NCBI GenBank assembly: GCA_009777165.1
Contig: WRML01000001.1
Span: forward strand, 1 to 51,558
Length of the DNA: 51,558 bases
Direction: 5' to 3'
From: Kiritimatiellota bacterium
GTDB lineage: Bacteria > Verrucomicrobiota > Kiritimatiellia > RFP12 > UBA1067
Shown here: positions 51,214-51,558 of the stretch, piece by piece
Numbering within the stretch: position 1 is the stretch's first letter
How the letters are laid out: every line of letters begins with the position of its first letter
The notes under the pieces: generated by a model
What the model was told of the DNA's origin: nothing
The model's database searches: none
The model's input: only the letters and a program-made list of their open reading frames with translations
Program-made: the position numbers and the translations under genes

Positions 51214-51558
51214 CGTACCTCCTCATACGCGGCCGCAGCCCGCAAAACCAAATCCTCCCGAAACGCCGGCGCAACGATCGTCACGTCACCCATCGACAAC
51301 GCGCAGAGACCCGCAAGCTCGGCGGACAAGGCAAACCACACCCCCGTCCCGCCGTCCGCCGCCACCACGTCGCACACCTTGAACGCCTCCTCGAAATCCC
51401 TCCTGATGAGCGTGCGGATCTTCTGCGCCCGCAGGAAATACTCCTCATAACACCCCTGGCCCACCACATACGTCCCGAGGAGGACCTGCCGTTTCTGCTC
51501 CATGCTGAAGCCCCCCCCCCCCCCCCCCCAGCACACACCCACCCCCCGCCCCCCCGCC
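51210..51558 (-). CDS. gatA: amidotransferase subunit A, C-terminal part (partial; runs off the window)
   Basis: LLGTYVV...YEEYFLRAQKIRTLIRRDFEEAF matches the GatA C-terminal region. The stop overlaps the gatB start by 4 nt. The frame passes through a C20 tract (51511..51530). Confidence 0.65.
   Translation of the reverse strand, partial: AGGRGVGVCWGGGGGGFSMEQKRQVLLGTYVVGQGCYEEYFLRAQKIRTLIRRDFEEAFKVCDVVAADGGTGVWFALSAELAGLCALSMGDVTIVAPAFREDLVLRAAAAYEEVR

Overview
This is a high-GC bacterial chromosomal window (roughly 60-65 percent GC by eye). All function calls come from motif recognition in the translated ORFs; no database search was run.

- **1-13.7 kb, host genes:** a CE15-like esterase, hexose-6-P mutarotase, a GT4 glycosyltransferase, argS carrying one in-frame TAA, trxA, galK and a phosphohexomutase. 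A lower-GC type II restriction-modification island sits between galK and the mutase. tRNA-Ser(GGA) follows.
- **13749-45373, prophage:** a ~31.6-kb Mu-like transposable prophage bounded by ~70-bp imperfect terminal inverted repeats (5'-TG...CA-3'). Late and structural genes are on the minus strand. An AT-rich repressor module lies in the centre. The early/transposition arm (MuA-like, MuB-like, DUF3164, GemA-like) is on the plus strand.
- **45771-46328, CRISPR:** an orphan array with 35-36-nt repeats and 8 spacers. No cas gene is present in the window.
- **46.5-51.6 kb, host genes:** an SDR oxidoreductase, a deoC-like aldolase, an FGGY sugar kinase, gatB and partial gatA.

The most unusual signal is not a gene. 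Almost every gene junction in the prophage carries a hairpin-forming, low-complexity element made of 7-8-nt tandem units on a common plan. These elements, and a second G5/C5-clamp hairpin that is always read as PLSKGG, are also inserted in frame in phage ORFs (portal, gp27-like, transposase and MuB ends). They are inserted in frame in host genes too (gatB, galK). This resembles the Rickettsia palindromic elements.
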